Origin: Candidatus Omnitrophota bacterium
GTDB lineage: Bacteria > Omnitrophota > Omnitrophia > Omnitrophales > Aquincolibacteriaceae
Reading direction: 5' to 3'
DNA: 64,000 nt
NCBI GenBank assembly: GCA_022711115.1
Contig: JAKLFP010000003.1
Coordinates: 201,199 to 265,198, forward strand
The notes under the pieces are model-generated. The model had not been told where the DNA came from. It saw only the letters and a list, made by a program, of their open reading frames with translations, and did not search any database. The first letter of the stretch is position 1, and the number at the start of each line of letters is the position of its first letter. This document shows, piece by piece, positions 55,892-64,000 of this stretch. A program made the position numbers and the translations under genes.

Positions 55892-57358
55892 TCATACTAT
55901 TTTTTCTTCTTCGATCCCCCTCTCGCTTTCCGGTAAAAGATTGCTAAGAAACTCTTCAAATTCATCTTCAAGAGCCAAATACGGCATGGGCTTAAAGCCT
56001 GTGATCCGCTCCACTGTATCCAGGATCTTAATATCAAAAGGATCACACATCGCAAGCTTCACCGATCCTTCGACAATACCGATCGGCACCACCCTGTGGC
56101 GATGGATGAACTCCGAAGTGAAAAGGCGAAGAACCTCAGGCTCGGGGCTCCACTCTTTCAAACTGAAAAAAGGAACCTTCAGCTTTTTCTCAAGCATTTT
56201 CCCCACGTCATGGCTTGAGATAAGATTCATCGCGATCAAAGTCTGGCCGAGGCGCTGTCCGGTCTCAAAATGTTTTTTAAGTGCTAATCCCAGCTGTTCT
56301 TCCGTAATCAAGCCTGCATTCAAAAGAACCTGTCCAAAAGGATCCGTGCGCTTTTTGACCGTTTTCGATTTGACTTCGGGTTCCAAAATATGGACTGCAT
56401 CATCGAGTTTTTTAATGGGTGAAGAGCGGCGGTCCTGCAGATAATGACTCCCCGGTTGGGTCTTGAGAAAGGCTTTGACCTCAGCGGCATCCTGGGCCAT
56501 TTCCCGAAGGCTTACATAATTCCGGTAAAGATTCGTACACCCGGCCACGGAACAGGACATCAAAGCAAAATTTTCCATTTTGCCGCGGCGGTTCTCAACG
56601 CGAATGAATCCGGCTTCCCTGTCCGTTTTGCTGTAATAAGTCGGCATGATCCTGTCAAAATCATCAAGGAATTGCCTGGCAAAAACCTCTTCGAGTTCTG
56701 CCGGAAGCACGACCACAAAATCATCGCCTCCGATATGACCGACAAAACATTCTCCGTCCCCAGCGACGGCATAACTGACGGCCACCAGCAGTCTCGCCGT
56801 TTGAAGGATCACATCGTCACCTTTCTGGAAACCATACCGGTCATTGAAAGCTTTGAAATGATTAATATCGATGTAAAGAATGGAAAACTTTTCGCTGTTC
56901 TGGATCTTTTTGTTCACGATCTTTTCGATCGCATGATTTCCCGGCAAATGTGTCAGCGCATTTGCCTCAACGCGCTCCATGGTTTTCGCGATGTTGAGAT
57001 TCACGCGCAATTGGAGCACCAGCGGATTAAAGGGTTTGACGAGAAAATCATCAAAGCCTTTCTCATGGCCCATCATCAACTCCATGAGCTTCCCCTCTTC
57101 GGTCAGCATGATCACGGGAACGGCCATGAGATGCGATTTGGAACGTATGGCTTGAATCAACATCTTGCCATCCACGGGCTCCATGTCCGTTGAAATCAGG
57201 ATCAGATCGACCACATCGCGTTCCAGAAGTTTGAGGGCCTGCCTGCTTTTGGTAGCTTCGAAAACCTTGTGATGACGGGCTGTCAACCGCATAACAATAA
57301 GCTCTCGCGTCGCATTATCTTTTTCAGCCACTAGGATTTTTTTGCCTTTGTCTTTCAC
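55892..57358 (-). CDS. response regulator: REC + GGDEF-like (degenerate GGDDF) + C-terminal MshEN/GspE-N-like domain
   Basis: The REC acid pocket and a phospho-Asp region (LILISTDMEP) are present. The GGDEF-like motif reads HIGGDDFVVV. The C-terminal roughly 130 aa resemble the T2SSE_N/MshEN fold. Confidence 0.7.
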   Translation of the reverse strand: MKDKGKKILVAEKDNATRELIVMRLTARHHKVFEATKSRQALKLLERDVVDLILISTDMEPVDGKMLIQAIRSKSHLMAVPVIMLTEEGKLMELMMGHEKGFDDFLVKPFNPLVLQLRVNLNIAKTMERVEANALTHLPGNHAIEKIVNKKIQNSEKFSILYIDINHFKAFNDRYGFQKGDDVILQTARLLVAVSYAVAGDGECFVGHIGGDDFVVVLPAELEEVFARQFLDDFDRIMPTYYSKTDREAGFIRVENRRGKMENFALMSCSVAGCTNLYRNYVSLREMAQDAAEVKAFLKTQPGSHYLQDRRSSPIKKLDDAVHILEPEVKSKTVKKRTDPFGQVLLNAGLITEEQLGLALKKHFETGQRLGQTLIAMNLISSHDVGKMLEKKLKVPFFSLKEWSPEPEVLRLFTSEFIHRHRVVPIGIVEGSVKLAMCDPFDIKILDTVERITGFKPMPYLALEDEFEEFLSNLLPESERGIEEEKIV

Positions 57359-57442
57359 TTTATTTCCTTAATGGTGACAAGGGCTATCCTGATTACCTTC
57401 TGAAATAAATCAAAATCAGGGTTGCCCTTGTCTTTCATTCCC

Positions 57443-58228
57443 TTAGAAGCTTTCCTTCTTCGATGGGAACTGTCCCTTAATCACATCCTGGCAATAAGAT
57501 TGGACTGCTTTTTTGATGATAGTTTCGAGATCCGCGTAGCGGCGGACAAAGCGCGGACTCACATTGGAACGAATCCCGAGGATATCTTGAAGTACTAGAA
57601 CTTGCCCGTCGGTCTCAGGGCCCGCCCCGATCCCGATTGTCGGACACTTCACAGCTTGAGTAATCTCTGCAGCAAGCTTTGCGGGGATACATTCAAGAAC
57701 AATGGCAAAGACCCCTAAGCGGTCCAACATTTTGGCATCCTCCAGAATCACCTTGGCTTCTTCCGGAGTTTTCCCCTGAACATGAAATTGACTGCCGCTT
57801 GTCTGCGGCAACATACCAAGATGCCCCATGACAGGAATACCCAAGGCAATAAGTTTTTGAACTTGATTCAAAACTTTGCTGCCGCCTTCCAATTTCACCG
57901 CATCCGCATGGCCTTCCTCCAGGAATCTTTTTGCGTTTTTAAGCGCAATCTCCGGGTCATCATAAGAATGTGCGGGCATGTCTGCAACAACAAGGCCTTT
58001 TCGCACGGCCTGGGAAACCGCCACGGTGTGATAAAGCATATGCTCCATCGTCACGCCTAATGTATTCTCATGCCCGAGAAGCACCATCGCAACGGAGTCG
58101 CCGATCATCAGAATATCCACCCCCGCTTCATCCGCAATCCTGGCGCTTGGATAGTCATAAAGGCTGAGAACGGTAATTTTGCTGCCAGCTTGTTTTTTTT
58201 CGTAAATATTTTTGGGAGTTAGTTTCAT
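57443..58228 (-). CDS. panB: 3-methyl-2-oxobutanoate hydroxymethyltransferase
   Basis: The PanB signature is VDILMIGDSVAMVLLGHENT...GHLGMLPQ. Confidence 0.9.
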   Translation of the reverse strand: MKLTPKNIYEKKQAGSKITVLSLYDYPSARIADEAGVDILMIGDSVAMVLLGHENTLGVTMEHMLYHTVAVSQAVRKGLVVADMPAHSYDDPEIALKNAKRFLEEGHADAVKLEGGSKVLNQVQKLIALGIPVMGHLGMLPQTSGSQFHVQGKTPEEAKVILEDAKMLDRLGVFAIVLECIPAKLAAEITQAVKCPTIGIGAGPETDGQVLVLQDILGIRSNVSPRFVRRYADLETIIKKAVQSYCQDVIKGQFPSKKESF

Positions 58229-58288
58229 TTATCCTTGAGCGCAACGCTCAACGTGAGACAGTCGTTGCGCCTTACACGCTTAGCGATT

Positions 58289-59149
58289 CTATTTTTGCCA
58301 TTCATATGCGGTTATCAAATTTTCCATGAGCATCGTCACGGTCAACGGCCCGACACCGCCCGGAACCGGTGTCACAAACCCAGCCCTTTTCACGGTTTCC
58401 TCGAACTCGACATCGCCTTGAAGTTTCCCGTCCACTTCGGTTGTCCCGACATCAATCACAACCGCTCCCGGTTTGACCCATGCCCCCCGAACAATCCCTG
58501 GTTTCCCGACACAAGCCACCACCACTTCGCTCGCGCCAACGGTTTTCCGCAGATCTTCCGTTGAAGTACCTGAATTGCAGACAAACGTCGTCACACGCGA
58601 TTCTCCCAAAAGAAGCTGAAGAGGACGTCCGACAATCGCGCTCTGCCCGATGATGGTGGCTTTTTTCCCTCGCAACATCATTCCCGTGGACTTAATCAAT
58701 GTATAAGCCGCAAAAGCGGTGGGAGGGATAAGGCGACCACGGCGAAGCACGATCAGCCCAAGACTCGTCGGATGAATACCTTCCACATCTTTATGCGGGT
58801 CCATGGCAAGCAGTACTTTTTCCGAATCAAATCCCGCCGGAAGCGGCATGGAGATGAAAATGCCATGAACACTTTTGTCGACACTGAGTGCTTGAACTTT
58901 TCCGATAAGCTCTTTTTCTGTTTTGACCTGGTCTGCCGTCACACGGCGAAATTCGATGCCAAGTTTCGCCGCGAGTTTTTCCTGCTGATTGATATACCAA
59001 GCAGAAGACGGATTGTCGCTTGTCTGAACCGCAACAAGACACGGCCTCGGAAGCCCTGTGGAGGTCAGGGTCTGAATTTTATCCAAGATTTTTTGCTGGA
59101 GATCAGAGGCGATCACCTTTCCTTCAAGTCTTTTGGCTTCCACTTTCAA
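58289..59149 (-). CDS. folD: bifunctional methylenetetrahydrofolate dehydrogenase/methenyltetrahydrofolate cyclohydrolase
   Basis: The FolD motifs are GKVIASDL, ATIIGQSAIVGRP and VPGGVGPLT. Confidence 0.9.
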   Translation of the reverse strand: MKVEAKRLEGKVIASDLQQKILDKIQTLTSTGLPRPCLVAVQTSDNPSSAWYINQQEKLAAKLGIEFRRVTADQVKTEKELIGKVQALSVDKSVHGIFISMPLPAGFDSEKVLLAMDPHKDVEGIHPTSLGLIVLRRGRLIPPTAFAAYTLIKSTGMMLRGKKATIIGQSAIVGRPLQLLLGESRVTTFVCNSGTSTEDLRKTVGASEVVVACVGKPGIVRGAWVKPGAVVIDVGTTEVDGKLQGDVEFEETVKRAGFVTPVPGGVGPLTVTMLMENLITAYEWQK

Positions 59150-59751
59150 ATTCCTTTCTCAAAACGGTTCCGGAGCTCCGCGAGAGCTTTTTCAGCCCGT
59201 TCCTTGTGATCTTTGTTTTTCATATAAACGACGTTGATATGAGCGGTATGAAAAGCACCTTCAAATGCGGCTGCCAAAAGAGATTGGCTGACAATCAGGT
59301 CATTCGCCACAGCGCCTTTGACAAGACCTTTCATATGCGCGTTCCATTCCCTCGCCATTACGATCATGAGGGCAAGATCCGCCTGAAGACGAAAGGCGTT
59401 CTGAAGCGCATCCTCGAGCTTCTCGGGTCCCGTCTTGTCCCGGTAGCAAGCCATGACATCGTCATAAACCTTAGCGTCTAGATTGACAACCTGGAGCGTA
59501 TCCCCGCGCGTTTTTTCCAGGGAATCAATGATCTCCTGCATCCGTTGACGATTGGCTTCTTCTTGGAATTTCTGCTCTGGTGTCAGATCCGCCTTAAGTT
59601 TTCTTTTAAGAGCAATCCTCGCTACCATCTGTGTCAGCCCCATCCCCAATGCCCCGACATAAGCGGAAACACTACCGCCGCCCGGCACAGCTTCCTCGCT
59701 GGCTAGTTTGTCGAGATAAGTCGTCAGACTGAGCTCTGTGTAATTTTTCAT
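59146..59751 (-). CDS. cyclodeaminase/cyclohydrolase family protein (FtcD/FchA-like methenyl-THF cyclohydrolase)
   Basis: The N-terminal pattern LASEEAVPGGGSVSAYVGALG is typical. The stop overlaps the folD start. Confidence 0.75.
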   Translation of the reverse strand: MKNYTELSLTTYLDKLASEEAVPGGGSVSAYVGALGMGLTQMVARIALKRKLKADLTPEQKFQEEANRQRMQEIIDSLEKTRGDTLQVVNLDAKVYDDVMACYRDKTGPEKLEDALQNAFRLQADLALMIVMAREWNAHMKGLVKGAVANDLIVSQSLLAAAFEGAFHTAHINVVYMKNKDHKERAEKALAELRNRFEKGI

Positions 59752-59819
59752 AATATCCCCTTTAGATAAAAAAAATCACTTTTTCTTTTGCTTTCTCAGT
59801 TGCCTAAAACGGCTTGGAA

Positions 59820-60227
59820 CTATTTTTTCCGCAACGTCACCAGTGCTTTTTCGTTGTGATTTGTTGAAATGACCAAAAGACACGGCCCATAAGAGACCGG
59901 GGCGCTGGCATAAACATTCAGAATATCCACATTCCGGGCTGCAAGTTTCTTAGTCACGCGCATCAAAACACCCGGTTTATCCTCAACCTCCAGGAGCAAC
60001 ACCCCATTTTCCTGAGCTTTAAAACCGCCTTTGGCGAGCAAATCCTTGGTACGCAATGGATCATCGGTAACCAAATTCATCAGCGCCACACCTCCAGCCA
60101 CTTGGGCCGAGATCGCAAGAATATCGATCCCATGATCTGCCAAAATCGAAGTGACCTTGGAAAGCGCGCCGACTTTATTGGCCGTAACCACAACATGCTC
60201 CTTCCCCAACTTCACGCTTTGAATCAT
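59820..60227 (-). CDS. tandem ACT domain protein
   Basis: Two ACT-like beta-alpha-beta-beta-alpha-beta units are present (GALSKVTSILADHGIDI; GVLMRVTKKLAARNVDI). Confidence 0.65.
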   Translation of the reverse strand: MIQSVKLGKEHVVVTANKVGALSKVTSILADHGIDILAISAQVAGGVALMNLVTDDPLRTKDLLAKGGFKAQENGVLLLEVEDKPGVLMRVTKKLAARNVDILNVYASAPVSYGPCLLVISTNHNEKALVTLRKK

Positions 60228-60331
60228 GGTAAAGCCCTCCTTTTTGAATCATGGCTCATCAAAGCCACTGTCAACGAACGGATTATTATACTCTAGAGAA
60301 AAACTTTTTTATAGTTTCCCGAAGGAGGGTC

Positions 60332-61834
60332 TCAACTCCAAGCGGCACGGCGCTGAAGCGCTTTCTGGTAAACCTCTTCATATTTCTTCGCGGAATCCAG
60401 CCAGGAAAAATGCTCCAGCATCGCCCGCTTGCGCATCTGCGCCAGATGCTGCGGCCGGTCAAAAAAAGTGCTGACCGCCCATCCGATCGTGTCATAGATA
60501 GCCCTGGGCGTGGCGTCATAAAAAAGGAAACCTGTTCCCGAACCTGTTTTTTCGTCGTATTGGGCGACCGTATCCCGAAGCCCGCCTGTCGCTCGGACGA
60601 TCGGCAATGTCCCGTATTTCATGCTGTAAATCTGGTTCAGTCCGCACGGTTCATACAGCGACGGCATGAGAAAAAAATCCGCTCCAGCTTCCACCAAATG
60701 GGCCTTATGATTGTTATAACCGATCCATGTCCCGACCCTTCCCCCACAATATGCGGGAAGCCCGCCGAAAAAATCTTCCTGCCCTTTATCACCGCTCCCG
60801 ACAATCGCAAATTGTACGGACATATCCCGTAAAATACTGTGCATCACAATGGCAAGGTGTTGAAATCCTTTTTGTTCCGCAAAACGGGAGACGATTCCCA
60901 CGATCGGCACATTGTCTTTTTCTTCCAGCAAAAATTCTTTTTGAAGCGCTTGCTTGCATTTTTTCTTCCCCGACATATCTCGTGCAGAATAAGTTGTTGG
61001 AATAAGCTTGTCGGTCTCCGGATCCCAGTGATCGTAATCAGCCCCATTCAGAATTCCAAAAAGATCCGCCTGCCTTCTTTGGATATAAACCGAAAGCCCG
61101 TTTCCGCCCGGTTCGGACATAATTTCCTGAGCGTAACTTGGGCTGACAGTGGTGACGGCATCCGCGTAAAAAATCGCGCCTTTCATGAAATTAACACCGC
61201 CGAAATTCTCAAACTTGGAGTCCGTAAAATTTTCGGACCCAAGAGCCAGAAAAGGATAAACATCGGCTTTGAAAGTTCCTTGATAAGCAATGTTGTGTAT
61301 GGAAAAAACGCTCGCGGTTTTTTGAAAAAAAGGATTCCTGGATTCCCAGATCTTCAAATAAGGCGGGATCAACGCCGTTTGCCAATCGTGACAATGGATA
61401 ATATCCGGCTGGAATTTAAGGTCCTGACAAAGTTGGATACAGGCGCGTGCAAAAAAGCCGAAACGCTCGGGATTATCCAGAAATTCCCACCGACCGTCAT
61501 CATAAAGACCGGCGCGACCGAAATAATGTTCATGCTCGATAAAGTAAACTGTAAAACCATCGATCTGAGCTTCAAAAACCTGGCACCAGAGAACACCGTT
61601 CCCCGTTGCGACCCCCATGGATCCTAAGACCGATTTAAGTCCATATTGCTCATGACTGATCGCCCAGTAACGGGGCAAGACCAACCGGACATCATGACCG
61701 CGTTTTTTAAGGATCTTCGGCAACGCACCGCAGACATCTCCCAACCCTCCGGTCTTGACGAACGGGACTGCTTCCGACGCTGCAAAAAGGATTTTAAGAG
61801 GCTTTTTTTTAACTGATTTCGCTGGATGCTTCAT
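60332..61834 (-). CDS. glgA: glycogen synthase (ADP-glucose type)
   Basis: The N-terminal KTGGLGDV motif and the C-terminal GT-B motifs are present. The protein is 500 aa. Confidence 0.9.
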   Translation of the reverse strand: MKHPAKSVKKKPLKILFAASEAVPFVKTGGLGDVCGALPKILKKRGHDVRLVLPRYWAISHEQYGLKSVLGSMGVATGNGVLWCQVFEAQIDGFTVYFIEHEHYFGRAGLYDDGRWEFLDNPERFGFFARACIQLCQDLKFQPDIIHCHDWQTALIPPYLKIWESRNPFFQKTASVFSIHNIAYQGTFKADVYPFLALGSENFTDSKFENFGGVNFMKGAIFYADAVTTVSPSYAQEIMSEPGGNGLSVYIQRRQADLFGILNGADYDHWDPETDKLIPTTYSARDMSGKKKCKQALQKEFLLEEKDNVPIVGIVSRFAEQKGFQHLAIVMHSILRDMSVQFAIVGSGDKGQEDFFGGLPAYCGGRVGTWIGYNNHKAHLVEAGADFFLMPSLYEPCGLNQIYSMKYGTLPIVRATGGLRDTVAQYDEKTGSGTGFLFYDATPRAIYDTIGWAVSTFFDRPQHLAQMRKRAMLEHFSWLDSAKKYEEVYQKALQRRAAWS

Positions 61835-61922
61835 TTAGAGACCCATCCTTGTGCCTATGCTTTAAGGACGGAAGATTATAGCGAAGAAAAGAGAATTTCG
61901 CACCGCAAATCCGCACAGTCGT

Positions 61923-63044
61923 TTAGGCTGCGGGAAATGTGAAGAAAAAGGTGGAACCTTGGCCCGGTTGTGAATCGACCCAGATACGTCCATGGTAGCG
62001 TTCCACGATCTTTTGGCATGTCGCAAGGCCAATCCCGGAACCCGAATATTGTTTACGTGTTGTCAGTTTTTCGAACATAATAAAAACACGCTTAAGATCT
62101 TCCGGCGGAATTCCAATGCCGTTATCCTTCACGGAGAAAATCCATTCCTTCCCTCTAAGAACCCCAGAGATATGGACACAAGGTTTTGTTTCGCAATACT
62201 TTAAGGCATTTCCGATCAGATTCTGAAAAAGCAACCCTGCTAATCCGGGATTCATGGCAATCTCCGGTAAGGGGTCATAGGTTATTTTTGCTTCCTTCTC
62301 TTTGACCAGAGAAGCAAGGTTATCGACCACGCCAAGGATGGTTTTGTTGAGATCTACGGAAGGAACCGTCGTTTCTATTTTCATCACCCTTGAATAATCC
62401 AGCAGAGACCTGATAAAAATACGCATCCTTTCAATGTTTTTCAGAATCCTTCCCGTAAAGTCCTTGGATTCCACATCCGCCGAAGAGTTATATTTTTCAT
62501 CAAGTAATTCCGTGTATCCTAAAATAGTCGCCAAAGGCGATTGAAGGTCATGCGCGGCCTTGAAAGCGAAGGTCTCCAATTCATGGTTGGAACGGGCCAA
62601 CTCCTTGGATGCTTCCTCGAGTTTTTGTTCTTTTAAGCGAATCGCCAGCGTCATCCAGCAAATAATGCTAAAGGTCGCGATACGAATGGCGGCATTCCAG
62701 ATCAGAAGCAAAAATCTACCCGGATGTTCCACATGCCACTGCGCGAAAACCCACAGCAGTCCGGTTAACACGACCATCAGCCATCCATCCCGGCTCCCGA
62801 AATACCATGCCATCAGCATAATGGAAGGAATATAGAAAATATAGAAAGTAAGTTCTTCGCCGGTAAGACAATCCAGATAGAAAATGAGGAAAGTAGCCAG
62901 GAGAATAAAAACTCTCAAAAAGAATTTCTTGCTTCGAGGATTTTTGAAGAACCCGAGCTTCTGATTCATAGTAATCGATAGTATAAGCTGAGCATAACCG
63001 CTGTCAACGCACAACCATAGGCCTCCCTTCAAAACTTCCGCCAC
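61923..63044 (-). CDS. membrane sensor histidine kinase (HisKA + HATPase_c)
   Basis: The H-box is AHDLQSPL, the N box LFQNLIGNALKY, and the G boxes DNGIGI and GSGIGL. Four N-terminal TM helices are present. The likely start is the internal Met (about 62969). Confidence 0.8.
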   Translation of the reverse strand: MAEVLKGGLWLCVDSGYAQLILSITMNQKLGFFKNPRSKKFFLRVFILLATFLIFYLDCLTGEELTFYIFYIPSIMLMAWYFGSRDGWLMVVLTGLLWVFAQWHVEHPGRFLLLIWNAAIRIATFSIICWMTLAIRLKEQKLEEASKELARSNHELETFAFKAAHDLQSPLATILGYTELLDEKYNSSADVESKDFTGRILKNIERMRIFIRSLLDYSRVMKIETTVPSVDLNKTILGVVDNLASLVKEKEAKITYDPLPEIAMNPGLAGLLFQNLIGNALKYCETKPCVHISGVLRGKEWIFSVKDNGIGIPPEDLKRVFIMFEKLTTRKQYSGSGIGLATCQKIVERYHGRIWVDSQPGQGSTFFFTFPAA

Positions 63045-63070
63045 TAGCGTTCTCTTGCTATAATCTTTGC

Positions 63071-64000
63071 ATGTCTCTCTTAAGTGTGATTATCCCAACC
63101 TATAATCGGAAAGAACTTCTGCCTCGCGCGGTTCATTCTGTCCTCGCGCAAAAGGGTGTTCCTTTCGAACTGATCATTGTGGATGATGGATCAAGCGATG
63201 AAACAGACAACTTGGTTCGAGAAAAATTTAATTGTTGTCATTGCGAGCAAAGCGAAGCAATCTCGCCTTTAAAAACAGATTGCCACGTCGCCCTACGGGC
63301 TCCTCGCAATGACACAACTATAAGATATTTACATCAGGACCACCGCGGTCCTTCCGCAGCACGAAATCTGGGAATCCGACAGGCTAAAGGCGAATGGATC
63401 GCGTTTCTGGATTCGGATGATGAATGGAAAACGGGAAAACTCAAAGCGCAAATGGCTTTTTTTGAGAAAAATCCAGATTTCCTGATCTGCCAGACCGAAG
63501 AGATCTGGATTCGAAACGGCCAACGCGTCAATCCCATGAAAAAGCATCAAAAATACGGCGGCTGGATTTTTGAAAAATGCCTGCCGCTTTGTGTAATCAG
63601 CCCATCCGCGGTCATGCTGCACCGAAAACTTTTTGATGAAGTCGGTCCTTTTGACGAATCGCTCCCCGCCTGCGAAGACTACGATCTGTGGCTCAGGATC
63701 GCTTCATGTTATCCTGTCGGACTGATCGAAAAACCCTATGTGATCAAATACGGCGGTCACGCGGATCAGCGTTCCCGGGAATTTCCGGCCATGGATTTAT
63801 TCAGGATCCGTTCACTTTCAAAAATCCTCGCAGCCAATAGACTCACCTCCGCACAGTCTGATGCCGCACGCAAAACATTGGACGAAAAAGCCCGAATTTA
63901 TATTCAGGGCGCGCTTAAACGAGGAAAAACATCGGAAGCTAAAGAGGTTGAAGCATGGGTGCAACAATCGACGGGCAACGCGTCACACAAACCCTGCTAA
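63071..64000 (+). CDS. family 2 glycosyltransferase carrying an in-frame roughly 27-aa insertion from a palindromic repeat element
   Basis: The GT2 motifs are VIIPTYNR, DDGSSDET, the DSDD-type FLDSDDEW, and ARNLGI. The insert peptide is NCCHCEQSEAISPLKTDCHVALRAPRNDT. Confidence 0.8.
   Translation: MSLLSVIIPTYNRKELLPRAVHSVLAQKGVPFELIIVDDGSSDETDNLVREKFNCCHCEQSEAISPLKTDCHVALRAPRNDTTIRYLHQDHRGPSAARNLGIRQAKGEWIAFLDSDDEWKTGKLKAQMAFFEKNPDFLICQTEEIWIRNGQRVNPMKKHQKYGGWIFEKCLPLCVISPSAVMLHRKLFDEVGPFDESLPACEDYDLWLRIASCYPVGLIEKPYVIKYGGHADQRSREFPAMDLFRIRSLSKILAANRLTSAQSDAARKTLDEKARIYIQGALKRGKTSEAKEVEAWVQQSTGNASHKPC
63236..63314. mobile_element. MITE/REP-like 79-bp palindromic element with perfect 12-bp terminal inverted repeats, inserted in frame in the GT2 gene
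   Basis: The terminal repeats are tgtcattgcgag (63236-63247) and ctcgcaatgaca (63303-63314). The interior can fold partially (gcgaagcaatc / gattgc). Its conceptual translation (CHCEQSEAIS...LRAPRNDT) matches a repeat-derived peptide family I recall from many metagenome annotations. Confidence 0.5.

Noticed and set aside
56444-57193. 249-aa ORF on the plus strand
   Set aside because: It is antisense to the REC-GGDEF-like response regulator gene.
60251-61627. two ORFs (193 and 262 aa) on the plus strand
   Set aside because: They are antisense to glgA.
1-64000. tRNA, rRNA and CRISPR arrays
   Set aside because: I found no cloverleaf-compatible 70-90-nt segments in the few non-coding gaps and no regularly spaced short direct repeats. 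Only tRNAscan/Infernal would be decisive.

Overview
This window looks like a chromosomal segment from a Gram-negative, probably anaerobic bacterium of an uncultivated-looking lineage. It shows an outer-membrane protein, a Fur-FeoAB operon, an AmmeMemoRadiSam system and DUF134/NifX-like genes. It carries about 60 protein-coding genes and no rRNA, tRNA or CRISPR that I can see.

Housekeeping and transport genes dominate both ends of the window. On the left: a ZIP metal transporter, an ArsR regulator with a CoADR-rhodanese-TusA-DsrE fusion, a secreted peroxiredoxin, fur-feoAB, a helicase, GT-C glycosyltransferases, AMMECR1/Memo, HD-GYP, ldhA and permeases. On the right: trpB2, a K+ channel, plsC, PPOX, panB, folD, glgA and a histidine kinase.

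The middle of the window (about 29-48 kb) is an accessory-looking block. It holds a co-oriented run of a KefB-like antiporter, a secreted tyrosine phosphatase, an AsmA-like protein and a CYTH cyclase. That run is followed by two very large Sec-signal-peptide proteins (2462 aa and 1087 aa). The two share a roughly 270-aa paralogous module, about 80% identical at the DNA level, but carry different predicted protease modules. The larger has four HExxH zincin-like motifs and YD-repeat-like segments. The smaller has a C-terminal calpain-like (peptidase C2) Cys/His/Asn catalytic core. Next to this block is a minor-pilin-like cluster with two tandem paralogous PilX-like genes.

Other points of interest are listed below.
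- A tightly ATGA-coupled operon runs DUF134, ferredoxin, SAM methyltransferase, NifX-like protein, thioesterase and a small CxxC protein. Its promoter carries a perfect 18-bp palindromic operator overlapping the -10 hexamer.
- A GT-C glycosyltransferase gene is split at a T7 homopolymer.
- A 79-bp MITE-like palindromic element is inserted in frame in a GT2 gene.
- A Fur-box-like palindrome sits at the fur start.
- A hairpin motif recurs at two separate sites.

All functional calls rest on motif and family recognition by eye. No database searches were run.
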